This document shows positions 50,872 to 61,112 of a stretch of DNA of 64,000 bases, piece after piece. Numbering within the stretch: position 1 is the stretch's first letter; each line of letters begins with the position of its first letter. The translations under genes were made by a program, and so were the position numbers. Under the pieces are notes generated by a model. The model made no database searches and was not told the DNA's origin. It saw nothing but the letters and a program-made list of their open reading frames with translations. Location: the NCBI GenBank assembly GCA_965205265.1, contig CBDBGH010000003.1:2400001-2464000 (forward strand), read 5' to 3'. Origin of the DNA: Alphaproteobacteria bacterium. GTDB taxonomy: Bacteria; Pseudomonadota; Alphaproteobacteria; Bin95.

Positions 50872-51048
50872 TCAGGCGCGCCGGGCGCCGCCATGCGCCG
50901 CCGGCTGGAGCAGACGGGCGAGGCCGGTGCGGATCGACCGTTCGAGCCGGGCGAAAGCGCCGGCGAAGGCCTCGGCGCGCAGCTGCCGGCCGCGGGCCAC
51001 GGCCCGGTCGATTTCGGCCTGGGTGAGGGTGTAGGGTCTCTGGATCAT
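50872..51048 (-). CDS. Small protein, RSP_7527-like, divergent from LysR
   Basis: Manual translation MIQRPYTLTQAEIDRAVARGRQLRAEAFAGAFARL... (58 aa); GGA-rich RBS. Confidence 0.6.
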   Translation of the reverse strand: MIQRPYTLTQAEIDRAVARGRQLRAEAFAGAFARLERSIRTGLARLLQPAAHGGARRA

Positions 51049-51135
51049 CTGTCCTGTCTCCGGGTTCGGATTTCCGTTGACGCCCTATTTATTATCGCCC
51101 CTCTTATTTACAATAAGATGAAAAATGATATGATA

Positions 51136-51152
51136 TTTGCAAATAAAGCAAA
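51136..51152. promoter_or_regulatory. Candidate LysR-binding box
   Basis: TTTGC-N7-GCAAA dyad containing T-N11-A, in the AT-rich divergent spacer. Confidence 0.55.
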
Positions 51153-51164
51153 GATGAGTGCGCC

Positions 51165-52106
51165 ATGAATTCGCTGAACGCCATCCGCCTTTTCACCGCC
51201 TCCGTCGATGCCGGCAGCTTCTCCGAGGTCGGGCGGCGGCTCGGCATGGCGCCGTCCTCGGTGTCGCGGCAGGTCGCGGCGCTGGAGGACAGCGTGGGCG
51301 CCCAGCTCATCCACCGCACCACCCGCAAGCTCAGCCTGACGGAGGCCGGGCGGCTCTATTTCGAGCGCGTCTCGCGCATCCTGGCGGCGCTCGACGAGGC
51401 GACCGCGGCCGTGTCGCATCTGGAGGAGTCGCCGCGCGGCGTACTGCATGTCAACGGACCGACGGCCTTCGGCGTCCGCCATGTCGCGCCGGCGCTGCCG
51501 GACTTCCTGGCGCGCTATCCGGAAGTGCGGATCGAACTCACGCTCACCGACAATTTCGTGGACCTGCTTGAGGTTGGCGCGGATGTCGCCGTGCGCGTCG
51601 GCGAGCTCGAGGATTCGAGCCTGATCGCGCGCCGGCTCGCGCCCAACCGGCGCGTCCTCTGCGCAAGCCCCGGCTATCTGGCGAAGGCCGGGGCGCCGGA
51701 GCGCCCGCAGGACCTCGCGGACCACAACTGCCTCGTCTATACGCGCCACCACGGCAATGTGAACTGGAACCTGGGCGGCCCGGACGGGCTCGCGGAAGTG
51801 CGCGTCGGCGGCAATATGCGCACCAACAACACCGAGGCGGTCCACGCCGCGGCGCTCGGCGGGCTCGGCATCGCGCTGCTCCCCTCATGGCTGGTGGGGC
51901 AGGAGGTGCAGTCCGGCCGGCTTGCGGAAGTGCTGCCCGGCTACCGCGCCGCGCCCGGAGCGCTCGACACCGGCATCCATGCCCTCTACCCCGCCGACCG
52001 GCATCTCTCCACCAAGGTCCGCGCCTTCGTCGATTTCCTGGTCGAACGCTTCGGCCCCCGCCCCTACTGGGAGGAGACGCCGGAGGGCGGGTCCGGAGCT
52101 CCTTGA
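51165..52106 (+). CDS. LysR-family transcriptional regulator
   Basis: GSFSEVGRRLG..SSVSRQVAALE, RTTRKLSLTEAG, KVRAFVDFL. Confidence 0.95.
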   Translation: MNSLNAIRLFTASVDAGSFSEVGRRLGMAPSSVSRQVAALEDSVGAQLIHRTTRKLSLTEAGRLYFERVSRILAALDEATAAVSHLEESPRGVLHVNGPTAFGVRHVAPALPDFLARYPEVRIELTLTDNFVDLLEVGADVAVRVGELEDSSLIARRLAPNRRVLCASPGYLAKAGAPERPQDLADHNCLVYTRHHGNVNWNLGGPDGLAEVRVGGNMRTNNTEAVHAAALGGLGIALLPSWLVGQEVQSGRLAEVLPGYRAAPGALDTGIHALYPADRHLSTKVRAFVDFLVERFGPRPYWEETPEGGSGAP

Positions 52107-52126
52107 ACAGCAGCCGGGGAAGAAAA

Positions 52127-52897
52127 ATGTCGGACCGCTTCCTGCCGGGCGTACACGGCCCGCAAGTCGAGGCGGCGTTCGGTGCTGCGCCGGGTAATGA
52201 AGTCGAGAGCGGAAAGTTCGACAGTCCGGAATCATCGGCCGCGCTTGCTGCCAATGCTCTCGGCTTCTTCCTGAACCGGGTGCAGGACTTGCCGCCGCTG
52301 CCGGGTTGCGAGGCGAAGATATGGCCGGCCCGGTCGCTGGCGCTTGAGGCGAGCGTGCGCTTTCCCTGGCGGGGTGGACGCCATCCGGTGCTGGACGGCC
52401 TCATCGCGACGTCTTCCGCACTTATAGGGATCGAATCCAAGCGGTACGAGCCGTTCCGGTCCAAGCGGAAATCATCCTTGAGCGGCGCCTATTGGCGGCC
52501 GTGCTGGGGAGACCGAATGGGCGGATACGAAAGCGTACGGGATACGCTGCGCAAAGATAACCGCTCCTATCTCCAGCTCGATGCGGCGCAACTGTTCAAG
52601 CACGCCTTCGCCCTGCGGACGGATGTTCACCGCGAAGGGCCGCACAAGGGCCTGCAACCGATCCTCTTCTATCTCTACGCCGAGCCGGATGCCTGGCCGC
52701 TCGACGGGAGAAAGGTGGATCGGAGCGCAAGGGCGCGGCACCGCGAGGAGATCGAGCAATTCGCCGCTGCCGTTGCAGGCGACGAAGTTGCGTTCGTCGC
52801 CTGCTCTTACAGGACGCTGCTCGGATGCTGGGCGTCCGGCGAGCAACCGGCCATCCGCGCCCACGCGCAGGCAGTCCTCGGACGCTATTCGCCCTGA
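52127..52897 (+). CDS. Putative PD-(D/E)xK restriction-endonuclease-like protein
   Basis: SPESSAALAAN, LDG...IGIESKRYEP, LDAAQLFKH. Confidence 0.55.
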   Translation: MSDRFLPGVHGPQVEAAFGAAPGNEVESGKFDSPESSAALAANALGFFLNRVQDLPPLPGCEAKIWPARSLALEASVRFPWRGGRHPVLDGLIATSSALIGIESKRYEPFRSKRKSSLSGAYWRPCWGDRMGGYESVRDTLRKDNRSYLQLDAAQLFKHAFALRTDVHREGPHKGLQPILFYLYAEPDAWPLDGRKVDRSARARHREEIEQFAAAVAGDEVAFVACSYRTLLGCWASGEQPAIRAHAQAVLGRYSP

Positions 52898-53427
52898 GCG
52901 CCGCGCCGAAACTCCCCCGCCCGCATCCCGTATCTCAGCATCTCCAATCCGAAGGCGCGGACGAGGCCGGGGCTGCGTTTCATGCCGAGGCGCTCCAGCA
53001 CGGCGATGGAGGCGGCGTTCTCCGGCAGGACGAAGGCCGCGACCTCCGGCAGGGCCAGCCGGTCGAAGCCGCAGGCCAGCGCGGCGTGCCCGCCCTCGGT
53101 CGCATAGCCCCGCCCCTGCGCACCGGGATCGATCAGGAACAGGAGCTCGGTCTCGCCCAGGTCCGGCAGCCGCCGGAGCCCCAGATGCCCGACAAGGCGG
53201 CCCGTGGCGCGTTCGACGACTGCCCAGGGACCGTAACCGTCCCGCACCCATGCCTCGCGGAAGGCTGCGACCGCCGCATCGGCACGGCGCGCGGCTTCCG
53301 CCGGGTCCTCCGTATGGCTCGGCAGAAAGCGCGTCACGCCGGGCTTCAGGCGGATCGCCCGATAGGCCGGCCCGTCGGCCTCCTGGAAGGGGCGCAGCAG
53401 CAGCCGGGCGGTCTCGATCCGGTCCAT
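52885..53427 (-). CDS. GNAT family N-acetyltransferase (RimJ/RimL type)
   Basis: IETARLLLRPF, QGRGYATE, ENAASIAVLERLGM. Confidence 0.9.
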   Translation of the reverse strand: MDRIETARLLLRPFQEADGPAYRAIRLKPGVTRFLPSHTEDPAEAARRADAAVAAFREAWVRDGYGPWAVVERATGRLVGHLGLRRLPDLGETELLFLIDPGAQGRGYATEGGHAALACGFDRLALPEVAAFVLPENAASIAVLERLGMKRSPGLVRAFGLEMLRYGMRAGEFRRGAQGE

Positions 53428-53446
53428 GCCGCCGCTCCGTCCCCGT

Positions 53447-53974
53447 TCAGCTCCGCCGCTTGGGCTTGCCGTGGACATGCGGGGCGAGCGGCTCGGGCGG
53501 GCCGCCGGGGCTGAGCGGGCGGGGGGCGAAGCGGCCGAGGGTCAGCGCGCGGTCGTACATCACGATGGCGCCCGCCATGGCGACATTGACGCAGAAGGAT
53601 GTGGGGATACGGACGACATGCGCGCAGCGCTCCAGCACCGGGCCGGAGAGCGAGTCGCGCTCGGGGCCCAGGATATAGGCCGCGCGCGCCGGGTGGCGGA
53701 AGCTCGGCAGCGCCACCGCCTCGTCCAGAAGCTCCACGCCCACCAGCGCGCAGCCGCGCGGCAGCACCATGGCGCCCGCATCGGGAAAGGCGTAGAGCGG
53801 CACCTTGCCCGGCGCATGGGAAGTATCGCCGCCTCCCCGCCCGGCGCGCTCCGCATAGCTCGCACCCACGGTGAACAGGAAACTCGCGCCGAAGGCCTGC
53901 GCCGAGCGGAACAGGTTGCCGGCGTTGAGCGGCTTGCTCAGCCCCTCGACGCCGATGCCGAAATAGCCTTTCAT
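53447..53974 (-). CDS. SpoU/TrmH family RNA methyltransferase
   Basis: NAGNLFRSAQAFG, ILGPE, CVNVAMAGAIVMYDR. Confidence 0.9.
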   Translation of the reverse strand: MKGYFGIGVEGLSKPLNAGNLFRSAQAFGASFLFTVGASYAERAGRGGGDTSHAPGKVPLYAFPDAGAMVLPRGCALVGVELLDEAVALPSFRHPARAAYILGPERDSLSGPVLERCAHVVRIPTSFCVNVAMAGAIVMYDRALTLGRFAPRPLSPGGPPEPLAPHVHGKPKRRS

Positions 53975-54012
53975 GACGGCGCCGATTCTGGACTTGGGAG
54001 GCGGGGCTGTCC

Positions 54013-55023
54013 ATGCGCGCGGTGGTCGTGGATGACTGGAAACCGTTCGACGAACTCGAAATCCGCGAGACGCCGCCGCCGGCGCTCGGGCCCCGCCATG
54101 TGCGCATAAGCGGGCGGGCCTGCGGCATATCCTTCGCCACCTCGCTGGTGGTCCGGGGCCGCTACCAGCGCAAGCCGCCGCGCCCCTTCGTTCCCGGCAC
54201 CGAATATGCGGGCGTCGTCACCGAGGTCGGCGCGGAGGTCACGCGCTTCCGGCCGGGAGACCGGGTGCTGGCGGTGCTCGACTGGGGCGGCCTGGCGGAG
54301 GAAGCCGCCGCGCTGGAGGTCAACACCTTCGCCATCCCGGAAACCATGGAGTTCCGCCACGCCATCGCCTTCACCAACTCCTACCACACCTCCTACGCCG
54401 CGCTTTGCTGGCCGAACATGCTGCGGCTCGCCAGGGGCGAAACGCTGCTGGTCCACGGCGCGGCGGGCGGCGTCGGCATCGCGGCCGTTGAGATCGGCAA
54501 AATCCTGGGCGCGCGGGTGATCGCGACGGCGGGCTCGGCCGAGAAGCTGGCGGCCGCGCGCGAGCACGGCGCGGACCATGCGATCAACTACCGCGAGGCG
54601 GATTTCCGCGAGGAAGTGCTGGCGCTGACCGACGGACGCGGGGCGGATGTCATCTACGACCCGGTCGGCGGCGAGGTCTTCGACCGGTCGCTGCGCTGCA
54701 TCGCCTTCGAGGGGCGCATCATGCCGGTGGGTTTCGCCGGGGGCGCGATCCAGCAGATCCCGGCCAACATCCTGCTGGTCAAGACGGTGAGCGTGGTAGG
54801 CATGAACTTCGGCACTTATGTCGGCTGGAGCCCGAAGGATATCCGCTACGAGATGGAGGACCGGCTGCGGGCCGGCATGGACAGGCTCTTCGCCTGGTTC
54901 GAGGAGGGCCGGCTCAAACCGCGCGTTGACATGACCTTCCCGCTGGAAGGCTTCAAGGACGCAATGGCGGCGGTGCTGTCGCGCCGTGCGATAGGCCGGG
55001 TCGCCGTGGTGATGGACGCATGA
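54013..55023 (+). CDS. NADPH:quinone oxidoreductase (MDR family)
   Basis: PFVPGTE, GAAGGVG, YDPVGG, GFAGG. Confidence 0.9.
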   Translation: MRAVVVDDWKPFDELEIRETPPPALGPRHVRISGRACGISFATSLVVRGRYQRKPPRPFVPGTEYAGVVTEVGAEVTRFRPGDRVLAVLDWGGLAEEAAALEVNTFAIPETMEFRHAIAFTNSYHTSYAALCWPNMLRLARGETLLVHGAAGGVGIAAVEIGKILGARVIATAGSAEKLAAAREHGADHAINYREADFREEVLALTDGRGADVIYDPVGGEVFDRSLRCIAFEGRIMPVGFAGGAIQQIPANILLVKTVSVVGMNFGTYVGWSPKDIRYEMEDRLRAGMDRLFAWFEEGRLKPRVDMTFPLEGFKDAMAAVLSRRAIGRVAVVMDA

Positions 55024-56099
55024 CGATGGCGGGGCTGAGGGCAATCCCGGCCGCCTTGCTGGCGCTCTTGCTCACCGCCTGCTCCGGCGTGGACCGGCCC
55101 GGCGTGCCCGCAACCGGCGCCGAGAAGCTGGAGGCGCGCCGCCTGTTGCAGGCGGGCGCCATTTCCCGGCAGAGGCAACTCGACGAAGCGGCCCAGCATG
55201 CCTCGCTCGCGCGCGTCGTCCGCCATATCCGCCCGGCGGCGCATCGCGTCTGCCAGCGCATGCGGGGCGCGAATTGCAATGCGATCCTGACTCTCAGCCC
55301 GCTCCGCTCGCCTGACAGGGAGATCAACGCCCATGTCGATGGCAGCCACCGGGTGACGATGAATGCGGGCCTGCTGCACGCCTCCGGGTCGGACGAGGAA
55401 ATCGCCGCCGTGCTGGCGCACGAATACGGCCATGTCATCGCCGACCATATCGACAAGCGCATGAAGGATGCCAGCGTCGGCGCGCTGGGCGGGCTTCTCG
55501 GCGGCGCGTTGATCGGGGCGGTTATCTGCGACCGTTCGAATGACGACTGCATGGGGGACATGGTGCGGACGGGCGGGCAATTCGGCCTCGGCATGGGCGC
55601 GCTCGCCTATTCGCAGCAGCACGAGCTGGAGGCGGACTATTACTCGGCGCTCATTCTGGCGGAAGCGGGCGTGCCGCTGGAGGCGGGGGAGCGGATGCTG
55701 ATGCGGCTCGCGCGCACCAAGGAGGGCCGGGAGGGCGGTTACGGACAACTCGGCATGGCGATGGCGCGCTCCCATCCCGCCAATGACGAGCGCATCGCCC
55801 GCTGGATCGCGAACCGGCGCGCGCTCCAACACGCCCTTGCCACCGGGCTTTCCACCGACGCCGCGCTGGCTTCCGAAGCGCGGCGCCGGGTGCTCGAAAG
55901 GGGCCTCGCCGAAACGCGCTGGGCCAATCCCGGCACCGGGCATAGCGGCGTCATATCGGTGAAGAAGCGCTGGCGCTCCAGCGCTGGCGGGGCCTGCGTC
56001 CGCTACGGCTGGAAGAGCTGGCAGGCGGCGGGCCGCGCCGAAACCGGGGGCGAGGAAACGGCATGCAGACAGGCCGGCGGACCGTGGCGGGTCCGGTAG
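55020..56099 (+). CDS. M48-family metallopeptidase lipoprotein
   Basis: Lipobox LTAC, AVLAHEYGH, YSQQHELEAD, SHP..DERI. Confidence 0.85.
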   Translation: MTMAGLRAIPAALLALLLTACSGVDRPGVPATGAEKLEARRLLQAGAISRQRQLDEAAQHASLARVVRHIRPAAHRVCQRMRGANCNAILTLSPLRSPDREINAHVDGSHRVTMNAGLLHASGSDEEIAAVLAHEYGHVIADHIDKRMKDASVGALGGLLGGALIGAVICDRSNDDCMGDMVRTGGQFGLGMGALAYSQQHELEADYYSALILAEAGVPLEAGERMLMRLARTKEGREGGYGQLGMAMARSHPANDERIARWIANRRALQHALATGLSTDAALASEARRRVLERGLAETRWANPGTGHSGVISVKKRWRSSAGGACVRYGWKSWQAAGRAETGGEETACRQAGGPWRVR

Positions 56100-59011
56100 C
56101 GGCCGAACGCGGGTCCGGCGCCCGGGTCGGCGATCCCCGGCTGGCGGCGCGGCTTCGTGCGGAGATCGAGGGCGAGGTGCTGTTCGACCCGTTCGAGCGC
56201 GGGCGCTATGCCACCGACGCCTCCATCTACCAGATCGAGCCGATCGGCGCGGTCCGGCCGCGCTCGGTCGCGGATGTGGAGGCGGCACTCGCGATCGCGC
56301 GCGAGGAGGGCGCGCCGGTGCTGGCGCGCGGCGGCGGCACCTCCCAGGCCGGCCAGACCGTCGGCGAGGCGCTGGTGCTCGACTGCGCCGCGCATCTGGA
56401 CCGCATCCTCGGGATCGATGTCGAAAACCGGCGCGCGCGCGTCGAACCGGGCGTCGTGCTCGGCCGGCTGAATGCGAAGCTGCGGCGGGACGGCCTCATG
56501 TTCCCGGTCGATATCTCGACGGCGAGCCGGGCCACGCTCGGCGGCATGGCGGCCAACAATTCCTGCGGCTCGCGCTCGATCCGCTACGGCAACATGGTCC
56601 ACAACACCCATGCCGTCGAGGCGATCCTGGCCGACGGCAGCCGCCACCGCTTCGCGCGCGTGCCGGGCAATCTCGGCTCCGGCGGCGGCACGCCCGGCTA
56701 TATCGACCTCGTGCGCCGGGTGCGGGCCATCGCCGAACGCGAACGCGACGCCATCGCGCGCGGTTTCCCGGACGTGCTGCGCAAGGTCGGCGGCTACAAT
56801 CTCGAAAGCGTCGATGCCGCCGGGCACAATATGGCGCATCTGCTGGTCGGCTCCGAAGGCACGCTCGGTTTCTTCACCGCCATCGAGGTCGATCTCCAGC
56901 CCGTGCCGCCGCTGAGGGTGCTGGGCGTGTGCCACTTCCCGCGCTTCCGCGACGCCATGGACGCCGTGCCCCGGCTGGTGGCGCTCGGCCCCGATGCGGT
57001 CGAGCTGGTGGACCGCACCATCATCGAGCTCGGGCGCGGCATCCAGATGTTCCGCGAGACCGTCACCGAGGTGGTGCAGGGACAGCCGGACGCGCTGCTG
57101 CTGGTCGAGTTCGGCGGCGAGGACGGGGCGGCGCTGCTCTCCCGGCTGGAGGCGCTGGACGACGCGATGAGCGACCTCGGCCATCCGGGCGGGGTCGTCC
57201 GGGCCGTCGATCCGGCACTCCAGGCCCGCATCTGGGGCGTGCGCGAGGCGGGGCTCAATATCGTCATGTCGATGAAGACCGAGGGCAAGCCAGTCTCCTT
57301 CATCGAGGACTGCGCCGTGCCGCTGGAGGACCTGGGTGACTTCACCGACCGGCTGACGCGCGTTTTCGAGAAGCACGGCACGACCGGCACCTGGTACGCC
57401 CATGCCTCTGTCGGGCTCCTGCATGTGCGCCCGGTGCTGAACCTGAAGCAGCCGCAGGGCGCGGCCGCCATGCGCGCCATCGCGGAGGAAGCCTTCGCCA
57501 TGGTGCGCGAATACAAGGGCAGCCATTCCGGCGAGCATGGCGACGGCATCATCCGCTCGGAGTTCCACGAGCGCATGTTCGGATCTTCGCTGGTGCGCGC
57601 CTTCGAGGAGGTGAAGGACGCCTTCGATCCGTCCGGGTTTTTCAATCCCGGCAAGATCGTCCGCGCGCCGCGGATGGACGACCGCTCGCTCTTCCGCTTC
57701 AAGCCGGGCTACGCGGCAACCCCGCTGGAGCCCGCCCTCGACTGGTCCGAGTGGCCCGGCGGCTTCCTCGGCGCGGCCGAGATGTGCAACAACAACGGCG
57801 CCTGCCGGAAGGCCGATCCCGGCGTGATGTGCCCCTCCTTCCGGGCGACCGGGCGCGAGCGGGACCTGACGCGCGGGCGTGCCAACACGCTCAGGCTCGC
57901 GCTCTCCGGCCAGCTCGGCCCGGAGGCGCTCGTCTCGGACGACATGGCCCGGACGATGGAGCTCTGCGTCGGCTGCAAGGGTTGCCGGCGCGAATGCCCG
58001 ACCGGGGTCGATATGGCGCGGATGAAGGTCGAGTTCCTGCACCATTACAAGGCCCGGCAGGGCCTGACGCTGAGGGACCGGCTGGTCTCCTCCCTGCCCC
58101 GCTATGCGCCGTGGCTTGCGCCTTTCGCCCCGCTGCTCAACGCCGCCGAGCGCGCCCGGCCGCTCAGGACGCTGCGCGAGCGCGCCACCGGTTTCTCCCG
58201 GCACCGCCGGCTGCCGGCCTGGCGGCGGGACCGCTTCGACCCGGCCGATGGCGGGGAACCGGCGAACGGGGGGCGGCAGGCCCTGCTGTTCGCGGATTGC
58301 TTCAATACCGCCTTCGAGCCGGAGAATGCGCGCGCGGCCGCGGCTGTGCTGGAGGCAGCGGGCTTCCGCGTCCGCCATCCGCGCGGGGCCGGCAGTGTGC
58401 GGCCCCCCTGCTGCGGGCGGAGCTGGCTGGCGGCCGGGCGGATCGACCGGGCGCGGGCGGAAATGCGCCGCAGCCTCGCCATGCTGCTGCCGCACGCCGA
58501 GGCCGGCACGCCCATTGTCGGGCTGGAGCCGTCCTGCCTGTTCACCTTCCGCGACGAGCTGCAGGCCGTGCTGCCGGGGCCGGAAAGCGCGCGCGTCGGG
58601 GAAAGCGCCGTCATGCTGGAGAGCCTGGTGTCGGAAGGCGAGGCGGCGGAGCGGCTGGCTTCACGGCTGAAGGCCCTGCCGGAGGGCCGCGCACTGGTCC
58701 ATGCCCATTGCCACCGCAAGAGCTTCGACGGGCCGGATGCAGTCCTGGCCGCGCTCTCCCTTGTGCCGGGCCTGAAGCCGGAGCCGGTCGAAAGCTCCTG
58801 CTGCGGCATGGCCGGCAGCTTCGGCTACGAGGCGGAGCATTACGAGGTTTCGATGAAGATGGCCGAGGCGGCGCTGCTGCCGGCCGTGCGCGCCGGGGGA
58901 CGGGACGCGCTCATCGCCGCCGACGGCACAAGCTGCCGCCACCAGATCGCCGACGGCGCCGGCAGACGGGCCGAACATCCCGCACGCATTCTCGAAAGGG
59001 CGCTTGCATGA
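56084..59011 (+). CDS. FAD-linked oxidase fused to 4Fe-4S/CCG domains (GlcD/GlcF-like, YdiJ type)
   Basis: YATDASIY, RGGGTSQAGQ, SGEHGDG, CNNNGAC, CVGCKGCRRECP, CCGMAGSFG. Confidence 0.9.
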   Translation: MAGPVAAERGSGARVGDPRLAARLRAEIEGEVLFDPFERGRYATDASIYQIEPIGAVRPRSVADVEAALAIAREEGAPVLARGGGTSQAGQTVGEALVLDCAAHLDRILGIDVENRRARVEPGVVLGRLNAKLRRDGLMFPVDISTASRATLGGMAANNSCGSRSIRYGNMVHNTHAVEAILADGSRHRFARVPGNLGSGGGTPGYIDLVRRVRAIAERERDAIARGFPDVLRKVGGYNLESVDAAGHNMAHLLVGSEGTLGFFTAIEVDLQPVPPLRVLGVCHFPRFRDAMDAVPRLVALGPDAVELVDRTIIELGRGIQMFRETVTEVVQGQPDALLLVEFGGEDGAALLSRLEALDDAMSDLGHPGGVVRAVDPALQARIWGVREAGLNIVMSMKTEGKPVSFIEDCAVPLEDLGDFTDRLTRVFEKHGTTGTWYAHASVGLLHVRPVLNLKQPQGAAAMRAIAEEAFAMVREYKGSHSGEHGDGIIRSEFHERMFGSSLVRAFEEVKDAFDPSGFFNPGKIVRAPRMDDRSLFRFKPGYAATPLEPALDWSEWPGGFLGAAEMCNNNGACRKADPGVMCPSFRATGRERDLTRGRANTLRLALSGQLGPEALVSDDMARTMELCVGCKGCRRECPTGVDMARMKVEFLHHYKARQGLTLRDRLVSSLPRYAPWLAPFAPLLNAAERARPLRTLRERATGFSRHRRLPAWRRDRFDPADGGEPANGGRQALLFADCFNTAFEPENARAAAAVLEAAGFRVRHPRGAGSVRPPCCGRSWLAAGRIDRARAEMRRSLAMLLPHAEAGTPIVGLEPSCLFTFRDELQAVLPGPESARVGESAVMLESLVSEGEAAERLASRLKALPEGRALVHAHCHRKSFDGPDAVLAALSLVPGLKPEPVESSCCGMAGSFGYEAEHYEVSMKMAEAALLPAVRAGGRDALIAADGTSCRHQIADGAGRRAEHPARILERALA

Positions 59012-59655
59012 CCGCCATCCATGTCTGGGGCATCGTCTCCATCCGCGCGCTCCGCGTCCACTGGACCCTGCAGGAGCTCGGCCTCGCCTACGGGACGACG
59101 CCGATCCGCACCCGCACGCCGGAGCAGACGGCGCCCGCCTACCGCGCCGTCAACGTGCTGCACAAGATCCCGACGATGGAGATCGACGGCGTGCGCTACA
59201 CCGAATCCGGCGCCATCGCGCTGGAGCTCGCGGCGCGCTTCCGCGACCGGGTGGACCTCTGGCCGGAGGCCGAGCGCGCCCGGGTGCTGGAATGGTGTTT
59301 CTATGTGGCGATGGAGCTGGATGCGACCTCGCTCTACGTCATCCGCCGCCACGGCGACCTTTCGGGGATTTACGGCGAGGCGCCGGTCGCGGTGTCGGGC
59401 GCGCGCGAATACTGGCTGAAGCAGGCGGCAAAGGCCGAGGCGGCGCTGGCCGACGGCCGGCCGTGGCTGCTGGGCGAGACCTTCTCGGTCGCGGACATCA
59501 TGCTCGGCTCCTGCCTCGGCTGGGCCGGTCGCCGCGACGTGGCCGTGCCGCAGGTCCTCCGGGACTACGACGCCCGCCTCCGGGCCCGCCCCGGCCGCCG
59601 GCGCGCCGAGGAAGCCAATGAAGGCCGGATGGATACGACGGCGGGCGGGGGATAA
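59008..59655 (+). CDS. Glutathione S-transferase family protein
   Basis: RVHWTLQELG, KIPT, ESGAI, GETFSVADI. Confidence 0.88.
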   Translation: MTAIHVWGIVSIRALRVHWTLQELGLAYGTTPIRTRTPEQTAPAYRAVNVLHKIPTMEIDGVRYTESGAIALELAARFRDRVDLWPEAERARVLEWCFYVAMELDATSLYVIRRHGDLSGIYGEAPVAVSGAREYWLKQAAKAEAALADGRPWLLGETFSVADIMLGSCLGWAGRRDVAVPQVLRDYDARLRARPGRRRAEEANEGRMDTTAGGG

Positions 59656-59747
59656 AGGCTATTGAAGCAGCAGCAGAATCGGGGTTTCATGTTTCTGTAT
59701 TTGTTCGCAACGCTGCCGGACTCCCGGCGAAGGAGCGGCCGGGTGTG

Positions 59748-61112
59748 ATGGCAAACCGGGAGACCATGCTGTTGCCTCTCGACGACCTGCAAAGCGATAC
59801 GAAGGAGGGTAACGACACCCGGTCGGATTTTCGCGATCTTGCATTTTCCTCGAACCGCAGCGAACCCGTTCATCGGTGGGTTCCGTGGATCGCGGGCTAT
59901 TCCCGCCAATTCGTAACGAGCGCCATCGACACTCATATGGACGGCCCCGGCGCCGTGCTCGACCCTTTTGCCGGTGTCGGGACGACGCTTGTAGAGGCCG
60001 ACCGCAAGGGACACGAGTCGGTCGGCTTCGAGATCAACCCCTATGCGGCGTTCGCGGCGCGCACGAAACTTGCCGCTCACCTCGTCGATACCGAACGCCT
60101 GCGCGGGGCCATCGGCGCCTTCGAGCGCTTCGCCCGCGATGCCGAACGGAGTGGCAGGGAGCCTCATGCAACGCCGCCGTCCGGTTTCAGCACAAGGGCC
60201 GCCTTCTACAGTCCTGAAGTTCAGTGGAAAGTATTGACCGCGCAGGATTTCATTGCGGGCCTCCCGGATTATCTGGTGGCCGACTTTTTCCGTCTCGCAT
60301 TTGCATCGACGATGGTGACCTATTCGAACTATTCCTACGAACCCAGCCTCGGGCGCAAGGCAACGGCCGGCCGGCCCGATGTCGATGACTATCCCGTATT
60401 CGCGGAATTAGCTGAAAAATTGACCGTTATGGCTGCCGACGCGGACTTCTGGAAACGAGATCGAGACAATCGGAAAGAAAGGTGCAGCAAAATACATGGC
60501 GTTTCCTTTTTCGAATTCTACAAGAAAGTAGAGCAGGGAAGCGTCGATCTCCTAATCACCTCACCGCCTTATCTGAACAATTATCACTATAACCGCAATA
60601 CGCGGCCTCATCTGTATTGGCTGGGATTTTGCAACTCTCCCAAGGATTTCAAGAAATTGGAGCAAAGGAATTTTGGAACTTATTGGCAAACAGCCCGGGA
60701 TATGGAACCTGTACCCCTAGATCCCGCGATTGAAATTGCTGAAATCGACTCTCTGATATCCGAACTGCGCGCCATAAATCCCGAAAAAGGAATATACGGG
60801 GGGAAGGGATGGGCCAATTACGCTGCGCTGTATTTCAACGACTGCCTGCGCTTTGCCGAAGGCATGAAATGGTGCCTCCGTCCCGGCGCTACCGCCCTGA
60901 TTGTTATCGGCAACAGCATCCTGCAAGGGATACCGGTGCCGACCGACCGCTTCCTTTCGGAAATCGCCGAACGCGCCGGCATGGAGGCAGTCGGCATTCA
61001 CACACCGCGCGATGCCCGCGTCGGCAACAGCATCGTCAATTCCAGCGTCCGGGTCGGCAAGGCCAATGGCAGCCGTCTGTACGAATCGGTGGTCGAATTG
61101 CGCCGGCCATGA
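59748..61112 (+). CDS. DNA amino-methyltransferase, probably N4-cytosine (motif I before motif IV, alpha-type order)
   Basis: HRWVPWIAGYS, DPFAGVGTT, ITSPPYLN; visibly more AT-rich than the flanks. Confidence 0.85.
   Translation: MANRETMLLPLDDLQSDTKEGNDTRSDFRDLAFSSNRSEPVHRWVPWIAGYSRQFVTSAIDTHMDGPGAVLDPFAGVGTTLVEADRKGHESVGFEINPYAAFAARTKLAAHLVDTERLRGAIGAFERFARDAERSGREPHATPPSGFSTRAAFYSPEVQWKVLTAQDFIAGLPDYLVADFFRLAFASTMVTYSNYSYEPSLGRKATAGRPDVDDYPVFAELAEKLTVMAADADFWKRDRDNRKERCSKIHGVSFFEFYKKVEQGSVDLLITSPPYLNNYHYNRNTRPHLYWLGFCNSPKDFKKLEQRNFGTYWQTARDMEPVPLDPAIEIAEIDSLISELRAINPEKGIYGGKGWANYAALYFNDCLRFAEGMKWCLRPGATALIVIGNSILQGIPVPTDRFLSEIAERAGMEAVGIHTPRDARVGNSIVNSSVRVGKANGSRLYESVVELRRP

Noticed and set aside
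2460-58495. Many long antisense or alternate-frame ORFs (e.g. 7280-9712, 11321-13840, 37457-40210, 56003-58495)
   Set aside because: They are Arg/Ala/Pro-rich shadows of well-supported genes, expected in high-GC DNA
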